Positions 8,554-19,636 of a stretch of 64,000 bases of DNA are shown here, in pieces. Within the stretch, counting starts at the first letter, position 1, and every line of letters starts with the position of its first letter. Below the pieces are notes generated by a model that was not told the DNA's origin, did no database searches, and saw nothing but the letters and a program-made list of their open reading frames with translations. Source of the stretch: an uncultured Holophagales bacterium (lineage in GTDB: Bacteria > Acidobacteriota > Thermoanaerobaculia > Multivoradales > UBA5704); NCBI GenBank assembly GCA_963842525.1, contig CAWJGT010000007.1, forward strand, positions 64,001 to 128,000. Reading direction: 5' to 3'. The translations under genes and the position numbers were made by a program.

Positions 8554-9870
8554 ATGCCGCTGCTCGCCACCCACCTCGGTCTCCTGCTCCTCTTCGACCT
8601 CGCTCATCATCCGATCTCCACCTTGCTCCTTCTCGGCGCTGCCTTCCTCGGCCTCGCTTTCGCCGTGCGACGGCTCGGCGCGTCCGGACACCGTCTGGGC
8701 GGAACGATCCTGCTGGGAGCCGCGGCTCTGCGGCTGGTCCTGCTCCCACTCCCGCCGACTCTGTCCGACGACGCGCTGCGCTACCTCTGGGATGGAAAGG
8801 TGGCGATGTCCGGCCTCAACCCCTACGCGCTCCCGCCGGCAGCCCCTGAGCTCACCCCTCTCCGAGACGAGACCTGGCGGCGGCTCCCCCATACCGACGT
8901 CGCAACGGTCTACCCGCCGCTCGCCATCGCGAGCTTCAGTATAGCGACTCTGCTGCCGTTCCCGCTCCTTGCCTGGAAGTCGCTCGTCGCCGTGACCGAT
9001 CTCGGGACCTGCGCGCTCCTCCTCGCCCTGGCGCGGCGGCGGGGAATCCCCGAGGCGAGAACCGCCTGGTACGCCTGGAATCCCCTGGTCACCCTGGAGG
9101 TGGCGGGCATGGGGCACCTCGACGCCCTGGGCGTCGCGGCGATCGTGGCCACGGCGCTCGCCTTGACGCCCCGCCCGGGAGGCGGCCGGCGCTGGAAACG
9201 GGCCGCAGTCGCCGCCGCGGCCGGGGTCCTCGCCAAGCTGGCGCCGCTCGCCGCGCTGCCCATGTGGGCGCGCCAGAGCGGCCGTCCGGTGCGGTTCCTC
9301 GCCGTGGCGCTCGGCCTGGCCGCCGTGGCCTTCCTGCCGGTCCTCACCGCGGCGGGAGGGATTCCGCCCGGCCTCCTCCGCTATGGCATCTCCTGGGAGT
9401 TCAACGGCCCCGTCTACGAGCCGCTCTGGCGCCTGCTCGACGCGGCGGGCGCGGCTCCGGCGCTCAAGTCCTTCCTGGACCATCTGAAGGAGTGGACCGG
9501 GGAGCACGAGGCCTGGAACCCCCTCTATCCCTACGTGTATCCGCAGCTCCTCGCCAAGGCGCTGCTGGCCCTGGGGATGGCTGCCGCGGTGGCCCGGTCC
9601 CTGCGAGAGAAGGACCCGGTGGTGGGGAGCCGCCGGCTTTTCGGCGCGCTGATGCTCCTCTCGCCGACCGTCTATCCCTGGTACCTGCTCTGGGTGCTCC
9701 CCTGGGCGGCCCTGACGCGGCACCGAGCATGGCTCGTCCTGTCGGGGCTGATCCTGCTCTCGTATCTGACGAAGATGATGGAGCTGCCGCTGATGCCGTG
9801 GATCTATCTTTCGATCTGGGTGCCGTTCGCGGTGCTCAGCCTCACCCCCTGGGGAAAGGGGGATGGCTGA
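8554..9870 (+). CDS. GT-C (GT87-like) membrane glycosyltransferase
   Basis: LSDDALRYLWDG, YPPLA, YAWNPLV, GHLDAL, YPWY; start uncertain (8443-8554). Confidence 0.8.
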   Translation: MPLLATHLGLLLLFDLAHHPISTLLLLGAAFLGLAFAVRRLGASGHRLGGTILLGAAALRLVLLPLPPTLSDDALRYLWDGKVAMSGLNPYALPPAAPELTPLRDETWRRLPHTDVATVYPPLAIASFSIATLLPFPLLAWKSLVAVTDLGTCALLLALARRRGIPEARTAWYAWNPLVTLEVAGMGHLDALGVAAIVATALALTPRPGGGRRWKRAAVAAAAGVLAKLAPLAALPMWARQSGRPVRFLAVALGLAAVAFLPVLTAAGGIPPGLLRYGISWEFNGPVYEPLWRLLDAAGAAPALKSFLDHLKEWTGEHEAWNPLYPYVYPQLLAKALLALGMAAAVARSLREKDPVVGSRRLFGALMLLSPTVYPWYLLWVLPWAALTRHRAWLVLSGLILLSYLTKMMELPLMPWIYLSIWVPFAVLSLTPWGKGDG

Positions 9871-11385
9871 GGCAGGATACGCAGGACCGTCACATCATCC
9901 TCCTTGCGGACGAGTTGGAGCCAAGAAACGGGAGATTTACTCTCTATCAGCGAGACCGGGCGGTCGCGCAGGTCGATTTGGCCGGCGACGAGGTAGGCGG
10001 CTCCGGAGCGGCGGAGGAGCGGCTCGATCTTCTCGAAGTAGAGCCGCGGGTCCTCGATCTCCGGCCCGAAGGCGTCCGGCAGGGCGATGTACCTGCGTCC
10101 GAGATAGCGGCCGAGGAAGGGCGAGGTCCCGGCGAGGCCGGCACCCGGCGGCAGGGAGGCGTCGAGACGCTTCAGGACGGCTACTTCCCGATAAGGATGA
10201 CGGTCGACGAACGCGGGCAGGCGGAAGGCGAAGGTCTTGACCGCCAGCAGCCCGACAAGGCCGAGAGCGAGAGCCATCTCCGCCCGGCGGCTCCAGCCCT
10301 GGACCGGCGCGCCCACCGTGTAGAACATCAAGCCATAACTCGGCGGGATCAGGACGAGCAGGAGCCTCCCCCAGGCGAAGAAGGAGAATGCGACGGCCAG
10401 GAGGAAGCTGACCCAGGCGAAGGCCAGCCAGCCGGCTTCGCGCGGCCTGGCGCGGACGGCGAACCAGAGCCCGGAGAGGAAGAACAGCGAATGGACCCAG
10501 GTGCCGAGGAGCTGCCCGAGCCCCGCCTCGAAGCCAAGGAGGAAGCGCACGAGCTCGTTGCCCCCCTCACGCGCCACCGCAGCCGGATCTTCGAGCACCA
10601 CGTCCAGGAGGCCCGAGTACGGCACCCGGTCCAGATACGACCAGTCGGGATAGCCGTGGAGCTTCCAGGCCAGGTTCTTCCAGTTCTCGTCGTGGAACGG
10701 ATCGCCGAAGGCCGCCTGGCGCAGACGCCCAATGGGGGAGCAGGACCAGGCAGGCCAGGATTGCGGCGCCCACGAGATGCCCGAGCCGGCGTTTCTCTCT
10801 CGGTGCGAGCCACCAGGCGACCAGGAGGGAGGGGATCAGGAACAGGGCGTTCGAGCGGGTGAAGGCGGCGAGGCCGAGGAGCACCCCGGCGGCGAGCGCC
10901 GGCCCTGGCCGCGGCGCCTGGAGATAGGCGAGCCCAGCCAGCAGCGACCCTGCCGCCAGCGCTGCGAAGAGCATGTCGGTCGATGCGTGCTGGCCCAGGA
11001 TCCACAGGTTGGGATTGACCGCCGCGAGGGCCATGGCCCAGACGCCGGCCTTCGTCCCGAAAGAGCTGCCGCCCAGGCGCCGGCCGAACGCCCAGCACTC
11101 CCAGGCCAGGGCGGCGGCAGCCAGGTTCGAGATCAGGCGCGCCGCGGCGAATGGGTCGCCGACCAGGAGCGCCAGCCCGGCGGTCAGGATCGGGTAGAAG
11201 AGCGGCCGGAAGGGATCGCGCGGCAGCGTGCCGGCGAGGATCAGCTCGGCCTGGGCGACGTAGCCGTCCCGCTCGGCCGTGCCGGCCTCCTCGACCCAGT
11301 GGACCCGCTGTCCGAACAGGGCCAGGGCGGCGAAGAGGACGAGCGCGGCGGCCAGAGCGAGCCGCCCGGCGCGGTCGGGGGGCAT
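9804..11385 (-). CDS. ArnT/PMT-like (GT39) membrane glycosyltransferase, frameshift near 10720
   Basis: ERDGY...RPLFYP, TDMLF, GLAAFTRSN; continues in second frame. Confidence 0.68.
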
Positions 11386-11401
11386 GAGGGGATGGTAGCA
11401 G

Positions 11402-12055
11402 CTACACCGCGGCGCGTCGCCGCCGGCTGCGCGCCCGCCAGATCTCCCAGAGCGCAGGCACCAGCGACAGGATGATGATCGCCAGGATCACCAGCGAGAA
11501 GTTCTCCCGCACGAAGGTGAGATTGCCGAACAGGTACCCGGCCACGGTGCAGATCAGCACCCAGGCCACGCCGCCGACCACGTTGTAGCTCATGAACCGG
11601 CGGTAGGTCATCGTGCCGAGGCCGGCCACGAACGGCGCCAGAGTCCGCACGATGGGGACGAAGCGGGCGATGATGATCGTCTTGCCGCCGTACTTCTCGT
11701 AGAACTCGTGCGTGTAGGCCAGGTGCTCGGGCTTGACCAGGCGGAAGCGCTTGAAGGCGAGCAGCCGTGGGCCGAGACGGTCGCCGACCCAGTAGTTGAC
11801 CGTGTCGCCGAGCACCGCGGCCACGATGAGCAGGACGATCAGGACAGGCAGCGAGAGCGAGCCGGTGGCGGCGAAGGCCCCGGCGGCGAAGAGCAGCGAG
11901 TCGCCGGGCAGGAACGGGGTCACCACCAGGCCGGTCTCGCAGAAGACGATCAGGAAGAGGAGCAGGTAGGTCCAGGCCCCGTACTCCGCCAGGATCGGCG
12001 CCAGGTGCTTGTCCAGGTGGAGGAAGAGGTCGATGAGCTGGGTCAGGATATCCAT
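11402..12055 (-). CDS. DedA family protein
   Basis: ETGLVVTPFLPGDSLLF, GGKTIIIARFVPIVRT. Confidence 0.93.
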   Translation of the reverse strand: MDILTQLIDLFLHLDKHLAPILAEYGAWTYLLLFLIVFCETGLVVTPFLPGDSLLFAAGAFAATGSLSLPVLIVLLIVAAVLGDTVNYWVGDRLGPRLLAFKRFRLVKPEHLAYTHEFYEKYGGKTIIIARFVPIVRTLAPFVAGLGTMTYRRFMSYNVVGGVAWVLICTVAGYLFGNLTFVRENFSLVILAIIILSLVPALWEIWRARSRRRRAAV

Positions 12056-12133
12056 CGTTTTTCGCCGCGCGAAGAGTAAGGGCTCGCCGCCGGATTGTCC
12101 AGAGAGATAAGCTTGCCGCCCCTGGAGGGCCTC

Positions 12134-13904
12134 ATGACGCTGTCGATCTTCCTCGTCCTCGCCCTGCTCGTCGCCATCGTCCTGGTCTTCGCCTTCGAGT
12201 GGATCTCGGTCGACATGGCGACGCTGATCCTGCTGGCGATCCTGGTGCTGTCGGGCATCCTGACCGTCGAGGAGGCCTTCTCCGGGTTCTCCAACGACAT
12301 CGTCATCATCCTGGCCTCGATCTTCGTCCTCTCCGGAGCGCTGATGAAGGGCGGCGTCCTGGACTATCTGGGCGAGACGATCCACCGCATCGCCGGCGGC
12401 AGCAAGACCAAGGTGCTGCTCTGCATCATGCCGCTCACCAACGTCATCTCGTCCTTCATGAACAACACCACGACCACGGCGGTCCTGATGCCCGCCGTGC
12501 TCGGCCTGTGCCGGCGGAGCAAGCTGAGCCCGGGCAAGGTGCTGATCCCGCTCGCCTACGCCTCCATGCTGGGCGGCACCTGCACCCTGATCGGCACCTC
12601 GACCAACGTGGCCGCGAGCGGCTACGTCAAGGCGGCGGGGCTCGAGCCCTTCTCCATGTTCGAGTTCCTGCCGGTAGGCCTGGCCGTCAGTCTCGCCGGG
12701 CATCGTCTACATGGTCTTCGTCGGGCACCGGCTGCTGCCGGAGACGCACGAGGGCAACCTCACGGAAGAGTACGCGGTCCGCGAGTACCTCTCGGAGGTG
12801 GTGGTCACCCCCGGCTCGTCGCTGGCCGGCAAGGCCCTGCGCGACAGCCCGCTGTCGCAGATGGGGCTCCAGGTGCGGGCCATCCACCGCGGCGAGCGGC
12901 GGATCTACCCCGAGCCGTACATGCAGCTCGAAGAGGGGGACCTGCTGATCGTCCAGTCCGGGCGCGAAGGGCTTCTCCTGGTCAAGGAGACGGCCGGGGT
13001 CGAGATCAAGCCTGATCTCAAGCCGGGCGACGAGGACCTGACCAGCCCGACGATGAAGATCGTCGAAGCCATCCTGATGCCGCAGTCGTCGCTCATCGGA
13101 CGCAGCATCAAGGAGCTCGACTTCCGCCGCCGTTTCGGCGTGACGGTCATCGCCATCCACCGGCGCGGCCACGCACTGGCCGCCCGCATCGGCGGGTTGC
13201 CGCTGCGTGCCGGCGACGTGCTCCTCCTCCAGGGGCGTCCCGAGCGGTTCCAGGCCCTGGCGGGCAACGCCGACCTGTGGATGCTGGAGGAGGTCGAGCA
13301 CCGGCCGGCCCGCCGCCGTCTGGGGCTCTACTCGGTGGGGATCTTCCTGCTCGCGGTGCTCGCCTCGGCCTTCGACGTCGTGCCGCTGCCCATCGCCTTC
13401 CTGGCCGCGGCGCTGGGGGTGGTGGCCACGCGCCTCATCACCATGGAAGAGGCCTACAACCTGATCGACTGGCGGCTGCTGATCCTGATCGCCGGCATGA
13501 CGGCCTTCGGCACGGCCATGCAGAAGACCGGCACGGCCCAATACCTGGCCGGGCTGATCGTCGGCTGGACCGAGCCGTTCGGGGTCGGAGTCGTCCTCCT
13601 CGCCTTCTCGGTGCTCACCATGCTGCTGACGCAGCCGATGTCGAACGCCGCCGCGGCTCTCGTGGTGCTGCCGGTGGCCCTGAGCACGGCGCACCAGCTC
13701 CATCTCGATCCTCGCGCGTTCGCCGTGCTCATCACGCTCTCCGCCTCGCTCTCCTTCATCACGCCGTTCGAGCCGTCATGCCTGATCATCTTCAGCCCGG
13801 GCAAGTACCGCTTCCGCGACTTCATGCGCTGTGGCCTGCCGTTGACGATCCTGGTGATCGCGATTTTGATGCTGATGGTGCCGATGATCTGGCCGCTACG
13901 ATGA
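12134..13904 (+). CDS. SLC13/CitMHS permease with two TrkA-C domains, frameshift near 12700
   Basis: FMNNT, GGTCTLIGTSTN, RCK_C repeats, MSNAAA, PGKYRFRDF. Confidence 0.87.
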
Positions 13905-14052
13905 TTGCGGAAGGCCCAACCGCCTGGCCCCCGCGACCCCTGACGCTACGCTACGCCTCGCGCGCACGATATTGGCCTTGGTGGTGGCGGGGAGAGAGAC
14001 GCCCTGGCCGTGGTGGTACCGGTGAGGGCGGTGGTCGCGGACTAGGGCGTCT

Positions 14053-15216
14053 CTACGGGTGGCGTTGGTCGTTCAGTTCGAGAAACAGATTTTCCACCCG
14101 CTCCGCCACCGCCGTCCAGTCGAACTGTTCGGCATGGCGTCGAGCATTCTCGCCCAGACGGCGGACCTCGGATTCGTCGGCGAGGAGGGCGTCGAGGGCC
14201 GCGGCGAGGGGCTCCGGGTCCGGCGCTGTGCAGACACCGTGGACGCCGGGCTCGACGAGCTCGCCGAGGGCGCTTTCGGAGGACTCGCAGTAGACGACCG
14301 GCAGGCCGGCGGCCATGGCTTCCAACGGAAAGAGGCCGAAGCCCTCTCGCGAAGAGGGTTGGACTGCGATGCGGCTCGCGCCCAGCCGCTGCCAGACCTC
14401 GACGTTGGTGCGCAGGTAGCCGTGGAAGACCACGGCATCCCCGAGACCGAGGCGGCCGGCGAGGGCGGTCAGGCGCTCGCGGTCGGGGCCGTCGCCGAAG
14501 ATGGCCAGGAGCGGGCCGGGATGGCGGGGCGCCAGGCGGGTGATTCGCGCGATGGCTTCGAGCAGGAGGTCGAGCCGTTTCTCCGCGAGCAGCCGGCCGG
14601 CGTAGACCAGAGGCGGACCTGATCCAGGTTCGGCCGCCGCGGCGCTCTCGCGGATGCGGGCAAGGGGGATGCCGTTGGGGATCACCCGGACCTCTTCCTT
14701 CCGCCGGGCCTCGACCCGGCCGGCGGTGAGGCGGCTCACGGCCACGGCGCGGGTGCCGAGAGGGACCGTCAGCCGTTCCACCGCTGCATAGAGCGGCCAC
14801 GTCCAGCCGAGGTAGCGCGCCCAGTACCGGCCCCAGTGCTCGTGCCAGGTCACCACCAGCGGCTTTCCCCTCCTCCGGCAGCGCAACGCGAGCACCGGCA
14901 GATGGGCATAGGGGATGTTGGCCGCCTCGACCACGTCGAATCGCGACAGGTCGATCCGGGCGGCGGCCCGGGCGAGGCGCAGGGCTTCCCGCGTGCTCCT
15001 TTTGCCGGATTCGCCGTAGAGCCGTCCCGGCCGGCCCACCGGCAGGATCTCGACTCCGTCGTACGGCTGTGACGGCGCGGCGCTGAATCCGGCCAGGGTC
15101 ACCCGGTGCCCGCGCGCCGCCAGGGCCCGTGCCAGCTCGTGGTTGCGGTGCTCGACCCCGCCGACCGACTCCGGGTAGATGCAGTCGTAGAAGAGGAGGA
15201 CCGAGAGGGACCTCAT
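14053..15216 (-). CDS. GT4 glycosyltransferase
   Basis: YPESVGGVE, AGRLLAEKR, EGFGLFPLEAMAAG. Confidence 0.9.
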   Translation of the reverse strand: MRSLSVLLFYDCIYPESVGGVEHRNHELARALAARGHRVTLAGFSAAPSQPYDGVEILPVGRPGRLYGESGKRSTREALRLARAAARIDLSRFDVVEAANIPYAHLPVLALRCRRRGKPLVVTWHEHWGRYWARYLGWTWPLYAAVERLTVPLGTRAVAVSRLTAGRVEARRKEEVRVIPNGIPLARIRESAAAAEPGSGPPLVYAGRLLAEKRLDLLLEAIARITRLAPRHPGPLLAIFGDGPDRERLTALAGRLGLGDAVVFHGYLRTNVEVWQRLGASRIAVQPSSREGFGLFPLEAMAAGLPVVYCESSESALGELVEPGVHGVCTAPDPEPLAAALDALLADESEVRRLGENARRHAEQFDWTAVAERVENLFLELNDQRHP

Positions 15217-16193
15217 CCCGCCTCGGCCTCCGGAGCCGCGGCCGCCCGCCGGCGGAGCACGGCGAGACAGGCGAGCCCAAGGACCGCCTGCCAGGCCATG
15301 CCGAAGACATAGTGAGCGAGGCTCAGGGCGAGCACGTCCGCGGAGCGTGCGTCCGGCGTGGGGGCCGTGGACCAGGGACTGAAGAAGAGCACCTGCAGGG
15401 CTTGCCCTGTGCCGAGACCGCTGGGCGTGATGGGCAGAGCCGCGATGAGCAGAGCGACCGGCATCAGGGCCAGGCCGCGCGAGAGCGGCAGCGGGATCCC
15501 CCAGACCGGAAACGCTCCCCATTGAAGCAGCACCAACACGAGGATATGGGGGAGCCGCGCCGAGACGGCGCGCAGGTGTCCCCGCACCCCGGCCTCGAAG
15601 AGCGGGGCCAGGGCGGCCCGGCCGGCCAGCCACCGCACCCGCGCGGCGATTACAGCCAGGTAGAGGACAATCCCTCCGAGCGCCCCGGCGATGAGGAGGA
15701 GCAGGACCTCTCTCTGGTCCCGCGGCAGGTCGACCAGCAGCCCCAGGGCCGCCAGGAGCACGGCCGCGATTCCGTTGGACAGGATCATCAACAGCATGGC
15801 CCCGGCCGCACGGGACCGGCCCACTCCCACCCGCGCCAGGTAGAAGCCCACGCCCCCCTGGCCGGCCACGTACGAGATCAGGCCCAGGAGATAGCTCGCC
15901 CCGCGGGCCAGGAACAGCTCGCCGAAGCCGCGGCGCACCCCGCCGGCGGCGAGCGCTTCGCGGGTGGACCAGGCGTCGACCGGGAGGATGAGGAGGATCT
16001 CGACCAGGGAGTAGAGGAAGAGAGCGAGCCAGGGCCCCCGGCGGAGCGCCTCGCGCAGGGCCTCCACCGGCACCGACCGGAAGAGCCAGGCCAGGATGGC
16101 GATCGCCACCAGCCAGGGGAGCCAGCGCGCGGCAAGCGCCCGCAGGGAGGCCGCCCGCGATGTTTGGTCCCTCACCCCCGACCCCTCTCCCAT
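15213..16193 (-). CDS. Lysylphosphatidylglycerol-synthase-like TM protein (flippase-like)
   Basis: Multi-TM, ALPITPSGLGT; putative ATG lies inside REP palindrome. Confidence 0.72.
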   Translation of the reverse strand: MGEGSGVRDQTSRAASLRALAARWLPWLVAIAILAWLFRSVPVEALREALRRGPWLALFLYSLVEILLILPVDAWSTREALAAGGVRRGFGELFLARGASYLLGLISYVAGQGGVGFYLARVGVGRSRAAGAMLLMILSNGIAAVLLAALGLLVDLPRDQREVLLLLIAGALGGIVLYLAVIAARVRWLAGRAALAPLFEAGVRGHLRAVSARLPHILVLVLLQWGAFPVWGIPLPLSRGLALMPVALLIAALPITPSGLGTGQALQVLFFSPWSTAPTPDARSADVLALSLAHYVFGMAWQAVLGLACLAVLRRRAAAAPEAEAG

Positions 16194-16315
16194 CCGCACT
16201 CCCTTCCACCGGGAGAGGGGAGCCCCCACCCCAAAATTTCTCCGGAAGAGCTTTTTCCCCCCTCTCCCGGGGGGCAGGGAGTGCGGATGGGAGAGGGGGG
16301 CCAGGGGGGTGAGGG
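16169..16315. repeat. REP-like palindromic element
   Basis: CCCTCACCCCC..CCCCTCTCCCATCCGCACTCCC ... GGGAGTGCGGATGGGAGAGGGG..GGGGTGAGGG inverted arms. Confidence 0.85.
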
Positions 16316-16327
16316 CATTCCGGGCAG

Positions 16328-17487
16328 CTACCGCCGTTCGATCAGCATCAGGCTGATCAGGAAGGAGGCGAAGACCGTCTGCGCGCCCATCACCAGGGCG
16401 GTCATGCCGATCATGACGCCCCGCACCGCCATCAGCTCGCCGCCGCCGGTGCGCAGCCAGTCGAGGACGATCTTGACCTCCAGGCCGAGGCCGGCGAGGA
16501 AGAGGAGCGCGCCCAGGATCAGTCCCCGTTCCAGCGAATACAAGCGGTGGAGCCGCTGCAGCCACTGCCGCGGCCGGGCAAAGCCCGCTCCCATCGAGAA
16601 GGTCTTGGCGAAGACGTCGAAGAGGATCAGGTTGTAACCCAGGATCAGCGCCACAGCCCCGAAGAGCAGGGTGTGGTAGTCCCAGGTGCGCCCGAACACC
16701 TCGCGCGGCCCGCCCGCCAGCAGCGCCACCACGATCCCGCCGAGGAGCATCAGCAGAAAGCCGGGTAGCTGGAAGAGGTACGAGGGCGAGAAGAGCAGCA
16801 TGAAGCGGACATGCCGCCAGGCGTCCCGCAACCCGGAGAGCTTCGATTCGCCGATCCGCGGATGGTAGGTGATCGGGATCTCGTGGATCTTGAGGCCGGC
16901 GCGCAGGGAGTTGACCACCATCTCCGAGGCGAGCTCCATGCCCGTGGTCTGCAGGCGCATCCGCTCGTAGGCCTCGCGGGTGAAGGCGCGCATGCCGCAG
17001 TGCGAGTCCGAGACGCTGGTCCGGAACAGCAGCCGCAGCATGCCCGAGAGGATCGGATTGCCGATCCAGCGGTGCGACCAGGGCATGGCGCCCGGGAGGA
17101 TCTCCCCCTTGAGGCGCGAGCCGATGACCATGTCGTACCCTGGTTTCGCAGCGGCTCGACGAAGGCCGGGATGGCCCCGAAGTCGTAGCTGTCGTCCGAG
17201 TCGCCCATGACCAGCAGGCGCCCGCGGGCCTCGGCGAAGCCGCGCAGGTAGGCCGATCCGTAGCCGCGCCGCCGCTCATGGATGACCCGCGCGCCGGCCC
17301 GCTCCGCGATCTCGGGCGAGCCGTCGGTGGAGCCGTTGTCCACCACGACCACCTCGGCCGGAACGCCCAGGGTCTGGAGCGCGCGCCAGGCCTTCTCCAC
17401 GCACCGGCCCACCGACTCCGCCTCGTTCAGGCAGGGCATGACCACGGACACCTCGACCTCCGCAGTGGTCGGCGTGCTGGCAGGCAC
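16328..17487 (-). CDS. DPM1-like GT2 polyprenol-phosphate glycosyltransferase, frameshift near 17140
   Basis: VSVVMPCLNEA, DNGSTDGS, MGDSDDSYD, then SDSHCGMRAF, MELASEM. Confidence 0.87.
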
Positions 17488-17556
17488 GGGCCTCGGTGGG
17501 TCGGCTAGGGTACATGAGGGTCGTCGAAAATCTCGGCGGCAGTGTAGCAGAGGACC

Positions 17557-18715
17557 TCACCGCCCCCGCCCCGGGTTCACACCCGGGGCGAGGGGGCTGG
17601 CGAGACCCCGGAACAGCTCCTCGTACCCGTCCGCCACCCGCTCCCAGGTGTACTTCTCTTCGACCAGACGCCGCGCCCGCCGGCCCATCCCTGGCAGCGT
17701 CTCTCGCTCCTCGTTCAGCCGGCGCAGGGCTGCGGCCAGAGCGGAGGCATCTCCCGGTGGAAACAGCACCCCGGCGCCTTCCAGGTCCCCTGCGACTCCC
17801 ACGAGCGGCGTGGTCACCACCGGCCGGCCGCAAGCCATGGCTTCGAGGAGCACCAGCCCGAACCCCTCCCGCCGGCCGTCGGTGGAGGGGAGGACGAAAA
17901 GGTGGCAGGAGCCGTAGAACGAGGCCAGGTCCGCGTCCGGCACGAAGCCGAGGAATTCGACGGCACCAGCGATCCCCAACTCCGCGGCCCTCTGCCGGTA
18001 CGACGCCTGATCGTCGCCCTTGCCCCCGACTTGCAGCCGGACCGGCACATCCGCGCCATGCAGCTCGGCCACAGCCCGAAGCAGCACCTCCAGGCCCTTG
18101 TAGCGGTGATGGGTATCCAGAAGGCTGAGGAACCCGAGCACCAGCTCGTCCCCCTCGGGCATCTCCCGAACGGGACGGAAAATCTCCGTATCCACTCCCC
18201 AGGGGAGGCAGACGATCTTGGGATCTTTCTCATCCAGCCACCGGGACTGGGAGGGATAGATCGGATTGGTGACCACAATGCGGTCCGCCCTGGCCAGCAG
18301 GCGAGGGAGGAAGACGCGGTTGTAGACGCCTGCAAGCAGGCCCTTCGAGCCCTTCTCCGATCAGGTCGTTGTGGTAGGTGAGGACCAGGGGCACGCCAAG
18401 GTCACGGCTGGCCGCCGCCGCGGCGTCGGCGAAGAGGGCGGTCGGCAGGTGCGTGTGGATCACGTCCGGACGCGGCCCGCGCCGCAGCGCCGCTCCGAGC
18501 CCGCGGGCGAGGTTCGTGTTGCCGATCTTTCCCCGCCAGGGGAGGCGGACCACCTCGACGGCATCCACCCGGCCAGGCGAGCCGGCGGGCTCGTCGGCGC
18601 AGACCACCCGCACTTCGTGGCCGCGCTCGGCCAGGCGCCGGGCCACGTGGTAGACCGTGTTCTCCACCCCGCCGACGTATGGGGGATAGCGGACCACTAC
18701 CTCGAGGATGCGCAT
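17557..18715 (-). CDS. GT4 glycosyltransferase, frameshift near 18340
   Basis: YPPYVGGVE N-terminus; EGFGLVLLEAMACG C-terminus. Confidence 0.85.
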
Positions 18716-18722
18716 GGAGGTG

Positions 18723-19613
18723 TCAGAGGCGCGGCATGACGCCGCCGCGGTAGACGATCCAGACCACCGCGAGCCCCCAGAGCACGATGTTGATCAGGAA
18801 CGGCGGATCTCTGAGAATGGCCTCCGTCGGGTTGCGCTCCCCCGGGCTCTGGTACATCAGGTAGAGATAGCGGAAGATCCCGTAGAGCACCAGCGGGATG
18901 GTGTAGACCAGGTCCTGGGTGTGGTACTTCTCCACGGTCTCCGGGGCGACGCAGTAGAGGGCATAGGAGACCACGGCCGAAGCCGTCACCACGTTGATCA
19001 TCTGGTCGAGGAAGGCGGGGCTGTAGTGGTCGAGCACCCGCCTCTGGCTGGCGGCCTGGCCGGCCAGCAGGGTGATCTCGTGCCGGCGCTTCGAGAAGGC
19101 GAGGAACAGGGCGAGGAAGATGGTGCAGAGGAACAGCCAGCGCGACACCTCGACGTCCGTCGCCTCGGCCCCGGCGAGCACCCGCAGCACGAAGCCCAGG
19201 CTGATGGACATGACGTCCAGGATCACCATGTGCTTGAGCCAGTGGGTGTAGAGCAGGTTGATGACGAGGTATGTGGCGAGGATCAGGGTGAAGGCCGTGC
19301 CCAGCCACAGGGCCAGGGCCAGGGCCGCCGCGCCGAGCAGCACGGTGGCGACGACCGCGGCCGGCACCCCGAGCGTGCCCGCGGCGAGAGGCCGCAGCCG
19401 CTTGACCGGATGGCGGCGGTCCTCCTCCCGGTCCCGCATGTCGTTGATCAGGTAGACGGTGCTCGACGCCAGGCAGAAGGCGACCAGGGCGACCAGGGCG
19501 CGGGTCAGCGCGCCGGGGTCCTCCAGCAGGTGCCCGAACACCAGCGGCGCGAGCACGAACAGGTTCTTGGCCCATTGGGCGGGCCGCAGCGATTGGACGA
19601 GAGGACGAATCAC
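18723..19613 (-). CDS. UbiA family decaprenyl-phosphate phosphoribosyltransferase
   Basis: RPAQWAKNLFV, YLINDMRDREEDRRHPVKRLRPLAAG, SKRRHE. Confidence 0.9.
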   Translation of the reverse strand: MIRPLVQSLRPAQWAKNLFVLAPLVFGHLLEDPGALTRALVALVAFCLASSTVYLINDMRDREEDRRHPVKRLRPLAAGTLGVPAAVVATVLLGAAALALALWLGTAFTLILATYLVINLLYTHWLKHMVILDVMSISLGFVLRVLAGAEATDVEVSRWLFLCTIFLALFLAFSKRRHEITLLAGQAASQRRVLDHYSPAFLDQMINVVTASAVVSYALYCVAPETVEKYHTQDLVYTIPLVLYGIFRYLYLMYQSPGERNPTEAILRDPPFLINIVLWGLAVVWIVYRGGVMPRL

Positions 19614-19636
19614 GGCGCGCTATTGTAAGGGGAACG